Positions 53,171 to 63,000 of a stretch of DNA of 64,000 bases are shown one piece after another. Source of the stretch: an uncultured Methylomirabilota bacterium. Its GTDB lineage: Bacteria; Methylomirabilota; Methylomirabilia; Methylomirabilales; 2-02-FULL-66-22. The position numbers were made by a program, and so were the translations under genes. The notes under the pieces were generated by a model. The model saw nothing but the letters and a program-made list of their open reading frames with translations, was not told where the DNA came from and made no database searches. The stretch spans positions 200,531-264,530 of the forward strand of contig CAWJSJ010000004.1 in assembly GCA_963845565.1 (NCBI GenBank), read 5' to 3'. Numbering within the stretch: position 1 is the first letter of the stretch; every line of letters starts with the position of its first letter.

Positions 53171-54576
53171 AGCGGATCAAGATCCTGGTCATCGACGACG
53201 ACGAGAGCCTGCGGCGCGTGCTGGAATACAACCTGGCCCAGGAGGGGTACGCCGTTCTCACGGCGGCGAGCGGCGCGCAGGGGCTGGAGCTCCTCAAGAA
53301 GGAGGGGGCGGACCTGGTGCTGACCGACGTGCGGATGCCCGGCATGAGCGGTCTCCAGGTGATGGAGGAGGTCCGCAAGCTGGACGCCAAGATCCAGGTC
53401 ATCATCCTCACGGCGTTCGGCACCATCGAGACGGCCGTGGAGGCCATGAAAGCGGGCGCTTTCCACTACATCAGCAAGCCGTTCAACCGCGACGAGCTGA
53501 AATTGACCATTCGCAAGGCGCTGGATCTGGAGGCGCTGCAGCGCGAGAATGTGGTCCTGCGTCAGGCGCTGAAGTCGCGCAGCGACGTGGACAGCATCGT
53601 GGCCGACAGCCCGGGGATGCGGCAGATCGTGGAAATGATCCGGCGGGTGGCCCCCACCGAGACGACGGTCTTGGTCCTGGGGGAGAGCGGCACCGGGAAA
53701 GAGCTGGTGGCGCGCGCCATCCACGGGCTGTCTTCGCGCTCCCGCGGTCCCTTCGTCGCCGTCAACTGCGCCGCGATCCCAGAGAACTTGCTGGAGAGCG
53801 AGCTCTTCGGCCACGTCAAGGGGTCGTTCACGGGGGCGATCCGGGACCGGATGGGGAAGTTCGAGGCGGCGGACGGCGGGAGCATCTTCCTGGACGAGAT
53901 CGGCGAGATGCGGCCGGAGCTGCAGGTGAAGATCCTGCGCTCGCTGGAGGAGCGCACCGTGGAGCGCGTCGGGGACAATCGCCCCATCCGGGTGGACGTA
54001 CGGGTGCTGGCCGCCACCAACAAGGACCTCACCAAGGCCATCGAGGCCGGGGAGTTCCGGGAAGACCTGTACTACCGACTGAACGTGGTGCCGCTCTCCA
54101 TCCCGCCGCTCCGTGAGCGGCGGGAGGACATCCGGGCGCTCACGCAGCACTTCCTGAAGAGCCTGGGCGCGCCGCTCCGCCTGACCATCGCGCCCGACGC
54201 CTTTCGCGCGCTGGAGACGTACGAGTGGCCCGGCAACGTGCGCGAATTGGAGAACGCCCTGGAGCGATCGCTGATCTTCCACCGGGGCGACGTCATCACG
54301 GTGAGCGATTTGCCGGAGACGATCCGGTCGCCCAAGACCAAGGAATCGGCGGCCCTCGCCGTCAGCCTGCCTGAGGCGGGGCTCTCGCTCGAGGTGGTGG
54401 AGAAGGAGTTGATCCTGCGGGCTCTCCAGAAGCACGATTGGAACCAGTCCCGCGCGGCGCGGTATCTGGGCATCACGCGGCACACGCTCTTGTACCGGAT
54501 GGACAAGCACGGCATCGCGCGGCCGGGCGGCCGTGGCGGCGCCGGAGAGGACGCGGAGCCGAAAGCTGAGAGCTGA
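53167..54576 (+). CDS. Sigma54-dependent response regulator (NtrC family)
   Basis: REC domain, GESGTGKE, ESELFGHVKGSFTGA, FREDLYYRLNV, WPGNVREL, Fis HTH. Confidence 0.95.
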   Translation: MKRIKILVIDDDESLRRVLEYNLAQEGYAVLTAASGAQGLELLKKEGADLVLTDVRMPGMSGLQVMEEVRKLDAKIQVIILTAFGTIETAVEAMKAGAFHYISKPFNRDELKLTIRKALDLEALQRENVVLRQALKSRSDVDSIVADSPGMRQIVEMIRRVAPTETTVLVLGESGTGKELVARAIHGLSSRSRGPFVAVNCAAIPENLLESELFGHVKGSFTGAIRDRMGKFEAADGGSIFLDEIGEMRPELQVKILRSLEERTVERVGDNRPIRVDVRVLAATNKDLTKAIEAGEFREDLYYRLNVVPLSIPPLRERREDIRALTQHFLKSLGAPLRLTIAPDAFRALETYEWPGNVRELENALERSLIFHRGDVITVSDLPETIRSPKTKESAALAVSLPEAGLSLEVVEKELILRALQKHDWNQSRAARYLGITRHTLLYRMDKHGIARPGGRGGAGEDAEPKAES

Positions 54577-54645
54577 GAACCAGAAGGAGAACAGCAGAGG
54601 TCAGAGGACAGAGATCAGACAACCGACAACCGACAACCGAGAACA
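54564..54645. repeat. Mixed heptamer repeats (AGCTGAG, CAGAGGT, ACAACCG)
   Basis: 7-bp periodicity including ACAACCG x3, the same unit seen at 42848 and 44008. Confidence 0.6.
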
Positions 54646-54706
54646 GGGGACAGCGGTCGGAGCCGGAGGCCGACAGCCAACGGCGAGCGGCCAAAGAGCA
54701 CGCGCC

Positions 54707-55534
54707 ATGAAAACGCCACAGCACGCCCCTCACCCCCCCAAGTCGGTCCTGATCGCCGATAACGATCTGCTCATCCTGGAAGTCGTGAGCGATTTCTTGC
54801 GCGCCAGCGGGTTCCAGGTCTCGGTTGCGCACGACGGCCTGGAGGCGCTGGAGCTCTGCCGCAAGGAGCGGCCGGATTTCGTGATCCTGGATGTCGTGAT
54901 GCCCAAGATCGACGGGGCGCGGGCGTGCTGGCTGATCCGGCAAGATCCCGCGCTTCGCAACACGCCCATCATCGCCTTCTCTTCTTTGAGCCCGCAGGAT
55001 TTCCGCAACTTCCCCGAGCTCAGCGCCGATGCGTATGTGGCCAAGGGGGCGATGCCCATCACGTGCGAACACATCCTCCAGGCGATCCGGAAGCTCGAGG
55101 AGAACGTGGAGCGGCCGTCCATGGACAGCGGCGTGGTCGGATACAAGGACGTCCGGCCGCGACGCATGATCCAGGAGATGCTCGACGAGCGGCGTCACTA
55201 CGCCAACGTGCTGCGTGCCCTCGGCGCGGGAGTTTTGGAGCTCGACCCCAGCGGCCGCATCTTCATGGCCAATCCCGGGGCGTGTCGCATTCTGAAGGCG
55301 AAAGAGTTCCACCTGGTCGGAGAGCCTCTGACCGCGTTCGTCTCGGTGCAGGATCGGCAGACCCTGCAGGATCTCTTCGGAGAGTTCGCCGCGGCGATCG
55401 AGCCGCAGCAATGCCGGCTCGACGTGCGGCTCGGCGACGCCACCATCCCCCTCCGCCTCTGCGCCATCATTGACGGCGTCGCCTGCGGGAGCATCCTGGT
55501 CATCGTGGAGTCCGCACCTCAACACTCTAGGTAG
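54707..55534 (+). CDS. Receiver domain plus PAS domain protein
   Basis: VLIADND, ILDVVMPKIDG, YVAK; C-terminal PAS (GRIFMANPGA); no output domain. Confidence 0.82.
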   Translation: MKTPQHAPHPPKSVLIADNDLLILEVVSDFLRASGFQVSVAHDGLEALELCRKERPDFVILDVVMPKIDGARACWLIRQDPALRNTPIIAFSSLSPQDFRNFPELSADAYVAKGAMPITCEHILQAIRKLEENVERPSMDSGVVGYKDVRPRRMIQEMLDERRHYANVLRALGAGVLELDPSGRIFMANPGACRILKAKEFHLVGEPLTAFVSVQDRQTLQDLFGEFAAAIEPQQCRLDVRLGDATIPLRLCAIIDGVACGSILVIVESAPQHSR

Positions 55535-55824
55535 CGCGGGGATCCGGGAGCGACGAACTCGGCGACTTCCCGCGTGCCCTCGGGACCAGTCCGCTTGCCC
55601 GTCCGTCCCTTACCTCGCTACGCAATGCCGCGTATTTCCCGCTCGTGCCGTTGGCCCGACGAACGTCGTCCCGCCGCGGTCGGGCCTTCGCCCTACGCGC
55701 TGCAAAGAAGTCGCGCCCTGGCATACCGGCCTCTCCACCGGTCGTCCGGAACAGCTTTTTCGGGTTGCAACATCCTGAGCCGTCATCATACTCCGTGCAT
55801 CATGCTGCGAAAGGAGAGGCGGCG

Positions 55825-58800
55825 ATGAGTTCATCGATCTGTCGCGTGTGCGGTGCAATGGGGATGTTTCTTGTCTTGGTCGCGGGTACGCTGCCGTGCG
55901 GCAGTGACGCAAACGCGGCGGATCTTGCGGTGTACGGCGACGGCCTGGCTGCGGGCTGGGAGAACTGGTCGTGGAACACCACGACCGGCTTCGCCAACAC
56001 CTCTCCCGTGCACAGCGGCACACGGTCCCTCGCCGTGACGTACACCGGAGCGTGGGCAGGCCTGTACCTTGCCACGAACACGCCGGAATCCATCGGATCG
56101 CATGATACGCTGCAATTCTGGATTCTTGGGGGGGGCCAGGGCGGTCAGGCAGTGCAAGTCGTGCTGGCGGACGGCACCCACACGCTTCTTACGGATCACG
56201 CTGTGGCGGTCTCTGCCAGTGCGGGCACATGGACCCAGGTGAAGGTTCCGCTCGCCGATCTCGGCAATCCAGCGCAGATCGGCGGGATCGTCTGGCAAGA
56301 TACCAGCGGCGGCGCACAGCCGACATACTATCTCGACGATGTGTCGTTCATCACCCAAGGGATCGTTCCGCCGCCTCCACCACCGCCAGGAGCCGGACCC
56401 GCGCTGCGCATCAATGTCGCCACCGGGCGGCGCGCCATCAGCGACGGCATCTACGGGATAAACTTCGCCGACGAGCCGTTGGCTGCCGAGTTGAGACTGC
56501 CGGTGCGACGCTGGGGAGGCAACTCGACAACGCGGTATAACTGGCAAACCAGCATGATCAACGTCGGCAGCGACTGGTACTTCGAGAATCTCCAGGAGGG
56601 CACCGTCAACGTCGCCGCGCTGCCGCACGGATCGGCATCCGATCAATTCGTGGAGCAGGACCGCCGGACTGAAACCAAGACGCTGATCACCGTCCCGCTC
56701 ATCGGCTGGACGCCGAAAAGCACCAGCCCGAGAAATCATCCGTATGACTGTGCCTTCAAGGTGAGCAAGTACGGCCCGCAGCAGAGCACCGATTCCTGGG
56801 ATTCGAACTGCGGGAACGGCAGGCACGCCGACAATTCCCCAATCGTCGGCAACGACCCCGCCGACACCAGCATGCAGATCGGCCCCGACTTCGTCACGGC
56901 GTGGGTCAATCATCTCATCGGCAAATACGGAACCGCAGCGCACGGCGGCGTTGCGTACTACAATCTCGACAACGAGCCGATGCTGTGGAGCAGCACGCAC
57001 CGCGACGTCCACCCTCTGCCGACCACCTATGACGAGCTAAGGGATCGCACCTACCAGTATGCCGCAGCGGTCAAGACCGCCGATCCGTCGGCGAAGACGC
57101 TCGGCCCGGTGCTGTGGGGCTGGTGCGCCTACTTCTACTCGGCGCTCGACGGTTGCAGTAACGGCCCCGACTACCAGGCCCACGGGAACACGCCGTTCGT
57201 GGCCTGGTACCTTCAGCAGATGAAAGCGTACGAGCAGCAGCAGGGCACGCGCATCCTGGATTACCTCGATCTCCACTATTATCCGCAAGCGAACGGGGTG
57301 GCGCTGTCGTCGGCCGGTGGCGCCGCCACGCAGGCGCTCCGCTTGCGGTCAACGCGGTCGCTCTGGGATCCGTCGTATCTCGACGAAAGCTGGGTCTCCG
57401 ACACGGCACCTGGCGGGGTTTCCGTGCGTCTGATTCCGCGCATGCAGGAGTGGGTCATGGCCAATTACCCGGGCACGAGGCTCGCCATCACGGAATACAA
57501 CTGGGGAGCCCTGGATCACATCAACGGCGCGTTGGCGCAGGCCGACGTGCTGGGCATCTTTGGCCGCGAGGGCATGGACCTGGCAACCCTGTGGGGGCCG
57601 CCCACGGCCACACAGCCCGGGGCGTTCGCCTTCCGGATGTACCGCAACTATGACGGCACGGGGCAAGGGTTCGGAGACATAAGCGTGGCGGCGGCCAGCG
57701 ACGACCAGGGCGCCGTTGCCGTGTATGCCGCCCAGCGCAGCAACGGCAGCGCACTGACCGTGATCATCATCAACAAGACCGCGTCCAGCCTGACCAGCCG
57801 TGTCAACCTGACCGGGTTCGTTCCAACATCCACCGCAGCGGTATACCGGTACAGTGCGGCCAACGTGTCCGCGATCGAGCAACTCCCCAATCAGCCACTC
57901 ACCGGAAGCGAATTCGACGTTATGCTTCCCGCCAGTTCGATCACGCTCTTTATCCTGACGCCCGGCTCCGCTTCTCCCGCACATGCGGCAGGGGTCGGTG
58001 TCTTCCGGGGCGGGTCCTGGTATGTGGACCGGGATCACGACCAGACCTGGGACGGCTGCACCACGGACGGTTGCTACGTCTTCGGGATGACCGGGGATAC
58101 CCCCGTGGTGGGCGACTGGGATGGCACGGGCACCGACAAGATCGGGGTCTACCGTAAATCCACGGGCGTTTGGTACCTCGACTTTAACGGCAACGGCACA
58201 TGGGACGGCTGCGGCACCGACAAGTGTATCCCTGTGGGTGGGAATTCGAGCGACAATCCCCTGGTCGGCGACTGGAACGGCACGGGTTCGGTTAAGGTCG
58301 GTGTGTACCGTGCCGCCACGGGCACCTTCTACCTCGATTACAACGGCAACGACACCTGGGACGGCTGCGCCATCGACCGCTGTCTTCAGATCGGCATGAA
58401 CGGCGACATCCCCCTGGTCGGGGACTGGAACGGCAGCGGCACCTCGAAGGTGGGCGCCTTCCGTCCCACTGACGGCACCTTCTACCTCGATTACAACGGA
58501 AGTGGCACCTGGGACGGCTGCGCCATCGACCGCTGTCTTCAGATCGGCATGAACGGCGACATCCCCCTGGTCGGGGACTGGAACGGCAGCGGCACCTCGA
58601 AGGTGGGCGCCTTCCGTCCCACTGACGGCACCTTCTACCTCGATTACAACGGAAGTGGCACCTGGGACGGCTGCGCCATCGACCGCTGTCTTCAGATCGG
58701 CATGAACGGCGACATCCCCCTGGTCGGGGACTGGAACGGCAGCGGGACGGCGAAAGTCGGCGCCTTCCGTCCCGGCGACGGCACCTTCTACCTGGACTAC

Positions 58801-58890
58801 AACGGAAGTGGCACCTGGGAAGGCTGTGGACCGGATCGTTGTCTCAGCATCGGGATGAATGGGGACGAACCCCTTGTGGGGAAGTGGTGA
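55825..58890 (+). CDS. Secreted GH44 glycoside hydrolase with N-terminal CBM-like domain and six C-terminal ~51-aa repeats
   Basis: RWGGNSTTRYNW, GSDWYFEN, YNLDNEP, LDYLDLHYYPQ, AITEYNWG; Pro linker; GDWNG repeats. Confidence 0.88.
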   Translation: MSSSICRVCGAMGMFLVLVAGTLPCGSDANAADLAVYGDGLAAGWENWSWNTTTGFANTSPVHSGTRSLAVTYTGAWAGLYLATNTPESIGSHDTLQFWILGGGQGGQAVQVVLADGTHTLLTDHAVAVSASAGTWTQVKVPLADLGNPAQIGGIVWQDTSGGAQPTYYLDDVSFITQGIVPPPPPPPGAGPALRINVATGRRAISDGIYGINFADEPLAAELRLPVRRWGGNSTTRYNWQTSMINVGSDWYFENLQEGTVNVAALPHGSASDQFVEQDRRTETKTLITVPLIGWTPKSTSPRNHPYDCAFKVSKYGPQQSTDSWDSNCGNGRHADNSPIVGNDPADTSMQIGPDFVTAWVNHLIGKYGTAAHGGVAYYNLDNEPMLWSSTHRDVHPLPTTYDELRDRTYQYAAAVKTADPSAKTLGPVLWGWCAYFYSALDGCSNGPDYQAHGNTPFVAWYLQQMKAYEQQQGTRILDYLDLHYYPQANGVALSSAGGAATQALRLRSTRSLWDPSYLDESWVSDTAPGGVSVRLIPRMQEWVMANYPGTRLAITEYNWGALDHINGALAQADVLGIFGREGMDLATLWGPPTATQPGAFAFRMYRNYDGTGQGFGDISVAAASDDQGAVAVYAAQRSNGSALTVIIINKTASSLTSRVNLTGFVPTSTAAVYRYSAANVSAIEQLPNQPLTGSEFDVMLPASSITLFILTPGSASPAHAAGVGVFRGGSWYVDRDHDQTWDGCTTDGCYVFGMTGDTPVVGDWDGTGTDKIGVYRKSTGVWYLDFNGNGTWDGCGTDKCIPVGGNSSDNPLVGDWNGTGSVKVGVYRAATGTFYLDYNGNDTWDGCAIDRCLQIGMNGDIPLVGDWNGSGTSKVGAFRPTDGTFYLDYNGSGTWDGCAIDRCLQIGMNGDIPLVGDWNGSGTSKVGAFRPTDGTFYLDYNGSGTWDGCAIDRCLQIGMNGDIPLVGDWNGSGTAKVGAFRPGDGTFYLDYNGSGTWEGCGPDRCLSIGMNGDEPLVGKW
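58353..58745 (+). repeat. Perfect 153-bp tandem repeat (~2.6 copies) inside the GH44 C-terminal domain
   Basis: For example ACCTCGAAGG at 58441 and 58594; units identical at DNA level. Confidence 0.9.
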
Positions 58891-59033
58891 CCGGGTTTCG
58901 GGCGCGCTCAGGGGGTGAACGAAATGGCGTGCAAGACGGTTATCGCGGCAGACCGTTTTTCGTTAATCTCGCCCGCGAACGGATCAGGTGTGTTGGGAAC
59001 CGACACCGGTATTTCTCTGCAAGACAGACCTCT

Positions 59034-59051
59034 TGTAAATAAATCATTACA
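59034..59051. promoter_or_regulatory. Candidate enhancer (UAS) palindrome
   Basis: TGTAAA-N6-ATTACA in an AT-rich patch ~150 bp upstream of a sigma54 motif. Confidence 0.4.
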
Positions 59052-59195
59052 GGTTAAATATAAACCAGTGTCATATGTATATTGAGCAACGAATGACGGA
59101 AAAGCCAACAGTTTTTGCGCGACACGGATTTCCTCCTATGGCTCCAATTGACGTTTGACATTGTGTTTATGATAAGTTGCAGAGATCTCCGACCC

Positions 59196-59211
59196 CTGGC
59201 ATCGCGCTTGC
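59196..59211 (+). promoter_or_regulatory. Sigma54 (-24/-12) promoter
   Basis: CTGGCATCGCGCTTGC with exact GG-N10-GC spacing. Confidence 0.65.
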
Positions 59212-59547
59212 GTTCCTCACTGCAAGTACGTTCGGGGGAGTGGTGTATCGTGGGGGTGGAACCGGGGGCGTTGGGAGACGGAGCGTTTCCACGCGAGGAG
59301 TGAGATTGCCCAGGCTGGAGCGCCTGCGGCATTCGCGACAAGGTGCCACCGTGGTCTCACTTGTGGTTGTCACTGGACGATTGACCACGAATGGAAAACG
59401 CGCTCGCGCGTTCCAGTACTCGTCGTTGTAAACGCACTGAGCCAGGAACCGTCTGGGCTGCACGCCAGGACGCTCATGAAATAGGGGGAAAGCGGTCTCG
59501 TATCGAGAGTCGGTTTCCTGACAACAAGAGCGGTTCAGGGAACAAGC

Positions 59548-59588
59548 AACGCCTTCCTTGCCTTCGGGCCGGGAGGGCGTTTTCTTTT
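59548..59588 (+). terminator. Rho-independent terminator
   Basis: AACGCCTTCC...GGAGGGCGTT followed by TTCTTTT. Confidence 0.7.
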
Positions 59589-59675
59589 CCGGCGGAACGG
59601 TGCCGCGTTGTCCCATCCCACACCCTCCCCTTACTAGATCACGAACGAACGCTTATAAGACTGCGCGCACGCGTC

Positions 59676-59832
59676 GGGGACGCCTCACACGCGATGTGGG
59701 AGTCCCCGCGGACGCGAGGAAGCTCTCTATACGTCCGCGGCATAACCGGGTTGCCGAAACGCCACCTCGCCGTGAGGCGTGGACGGACAGCCGCGGATCC
59801 CGCGGAGCGCGGGACAACCGGGCTGCGGAAAG
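59676..59832 (+). ncRNA. Degenerate tandem c-di-GMP-I (GEMM-I)-like riboswitch motifs
   Basis: CGCC-GTGA-GGCG, GGACGGACAGCC, GGATCCCGC/GCGGGAC, AACCGGGCTGCGGAA; the preceding unit ends ATAACCGGGTTGCCGAA. Confidence 0.45.
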
Positions 59833-60016
59833 AAAGCCAAGAGCGTGTGCGGACCGGCGCTTTTTCTTGAGGGAATCAGGCAACTCTCTCTTGGTTTCTC
59901 GAAATAACGACCGACACGAGCTGGACGAATCACGAAGCCAGCGACGGAGAGACCTACTGGGCTGAAATCGCGTACTCGAACAGGTTGGCACTTAACAAGA
60001 GCGAGGGAGGTCACCC

Positions 60017-63000
60017 ATGTGCCGAAGCGCACACACACCATGGCGCAACCGTCTTGGCACTCCGCGTTTCATTTCCCCCGATTCTTCGCATCGTCTTTCG
60101 TTCCCGTTCTCCTGTTGGGCCGTGGTGGTCATCAGCCTCTTGTTATTGCCGGCAAACAGCTCCTTTGCCCAGACCGGGGATGTCGTCATTTCTGCAAACA
60201 CAACCTGGCCGGCCGGCCAGTACACCTTGAACAGCTTGACGGTCACAAGCGGGGCCACGCTCACGCTGCAGGGCGCCAATACGACAGCGCAGGTGGAAGG
60301 CCAGTGGCAAGGGTATGGTGTGAGCATCACGGCGGGTAACGTCCAGGTGGACGCCGGCAGTGCGATCAGCGCGGATGCGCAGGGGTACACCGGAGGAGCA
60401 ACCGGGAATCCCGGGAACGGCCCCGGCGGCGGGTGCGGATCCGACATGTACGACAGTGCGGGGGGCAGTTACGGTGGGGTAGGCTATGGGACAACCGGCT
60501 GCAGCGCGGGCCCGATCTATGGCTCCGCCTTGACACCGACCGATCTCGGCTCCGGTGGCGGCGGCACCACAACGTGTGCCGGCGGTGTCTGCCCTGCGGA
60601 CAACGTCGGCGGCTACGGCGGCGGCGCGATCCGCCTGATCGTCACCGGGACGCTCACGAACAACGGGACCATTTCCGCGAACGGCGGGGATGGGCGCTAC
60701 AATTGGCTCCCGCTCCTCGACTCGTACGCCGTGGGCGGCTCAGGCGGCTCGATTTGGGCCACCGTCGGCACGCTGACGGGATCCGGCGTATTCACAGCCA
60801 ATGGCGGTCTCCGCTATTGGGAGGAACAGCCGGTCTCGGGCGGCGGCGGCGGGCGGATCGCATTATACTACGCGGCCAATGACGGGTTCACGGGGTTCAA
60901 CACGTCCACCGTTAGCGGTGGACCAGGCGCCACACAGGGAACCATCGCATTCTTCAATACGACAGCGAACGATCTGCTGGTGGCAGGGCCTCATGTCTTC
61001 ATCTATGGTGAGAATTCGTCCTTGGCGTTTCACGACATCACGGTCCGCGATGCGGCCACACTGATCGTCGGGGGCGGTTCGACGATCAGCGCGACCGGTA
61101 CGATCACGGTCACCGGGAACTCGACGATCACTCTTCAAGGCAAGAATACCACCGCACAGGTGGGCGGCCAATGGGTCGGCCAGGGCGTGAGCATCACGGC
61201 TGCGAACGTCCAGGTGGACGCCGGCAGTGCGATCAGCGCGGATGCGCAGGGCTACACCGGGGGCGCCACCGGTGCACCGGGGAACGGGCCGGGCGGCGGG
61301 TGTGGATCCGACATGTACGACAGTGCGGGGGGCAGTTACGGTGGGGTAGGTTATGGGACAACCGGGTGTAGTGCGGGCCCGATCTATGGGTCGGCCCTGA
61401 CGCCGACCGATCTCGGGTCCGGCGGCGGCGGCACCACGACGTGTGCCGGTAGTTCCTGTCCGGGTGCTCGCGTCGGTGGGAACGGCGGCGGCGCCCTCCG
61501 GCTGATCGTGACCGGCACGCTCACGAACAACGGCACGATCTCGGCCAACGGTGGGAACGGCGGCCCCAATTGGCCACCAAGCAGTCTTGACGCCTATGCC
61601 GTGGGCGGCTCAGGCGGCTCGATCTGGGCCACCGTCGGCACGCTGACGGGATCCGGCGTATTCACAGCCAATGGCGGTCTCCGCTATTGGCAGGAACAGC
61701 CGGTCTCGGGCGGCGGCGGCGGGCGGATCGCGGTGTACTACAACGTCGCCGGCGGCTTCAGTGGGTTCAATTCATCGACGGCCAACGGCGGGCCGGGCGC
61801 AGAACCGGGAACTGTGGCGTTCATCGATCGCATTAGCAATGACCTGGAAGTCACAGGTGGCCAGACGTTTGCGATCGCTCAAGATTCGGTCGTGAGTTTT
61901 GCAGACGTCACCATTCACAATGGATCCCGCCTGGTCATCGGGGGTGGGGCGACCCTGAATGTCGCTGGCACGCTCTTGCTGAGCGGCACGTCGACCATCG
62001 TTGCACAGGGAAAGAACGTGACAGCGCAAGTGGGCGGCCAATGGGCCGGCCAGGGCGTGACGATTAGCGCTGCCAATGTCCAGGTGGACGCCGGCAGCAC
62101 GATCAACGCGGATGCGCAGGGCTACACCGGCGGCGCCACCGGCGCAGCAGGAAATGGGCCGGGCGGCGGGTGCGGGTCCGCTGTATATGACAGCGCGGGC
62201 GGCAGCTATGGCGGTGTGGGCTATGCCTACACCGGATGTAGTGCGGGCCCCACCTACGGATCGGCATCCGCGCCGGCGGACCTCGGCTCCGGCGCTGGCG
62301 GCGCAACCGTCTCAGTCGGCGGCAACGGCGGCGGCGCAATTCGGCTGATCGCCACTGGTACGCTCACGAACAATGGAACGATTTCCGCGAACGGTGGCAA
62401 CGGGGGCAACGTACTCCGGCGGCGGTTCGGGCGGCTCGATCTGGGCGACGGTCGGCACGTTGGCCGGGTCCGGCCTATTTGCGGCCAATGGCGGCGTTCG
62501 CATGTGGGGTGGTCAGCCGGCGTATCCCGGCGGCGGCGGCGGCCGCATCGCGCTCTACTACAACGTGGATGGCGGGTTCCTGGGGGCAGGCGGCGTCACG
62601 GCCGCCGGCGGCGTGAGCGCGGAGGCGGGCACGGTGACCGTCTTCCAGTACTTCCACCTCACCGTGGCCAAGGCGGGGAACGGGGCGGGCACGGTGACGA
62701 GCAGTCCCGCCGGGGTGGACTGCGGGACGACCTGTACGACGACCTTTAACTCCGGTACCCCCGTCCTCCTCACGGCAACTCCTGCCACCGGCTCGGCCTT
62801 CACCGGCTGGAGCGGGGACGCCGACTGCAGTGACGGCGCCGTCACGATGAGTGCGGACCGGACCTGCACGGCGACGTTCACGCTGCTGACCTATTCCCTC
62901 ACCGTTACCAAGACCGGCCCCGGCACGGTCACCGCCGATCTCGGCGGCATCGACTGCGGCGTTACCTGCGCGGCGATCTACAACTACAACACGCTGGTCA

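Noticed and set aside
59223..59588. CsrB/RsmZ-like sRNA based on GGA motifs
   Set aside because: About 13 GGA in ~365 nt is not clearly above expectation for this composition, and they are not in regular hairpin loops
62400..62415. Programmed frameshift or phase variation in the surface protein
   Set aside because: Only a G5 run, and several garbled indels further downstream point to low consensus quality
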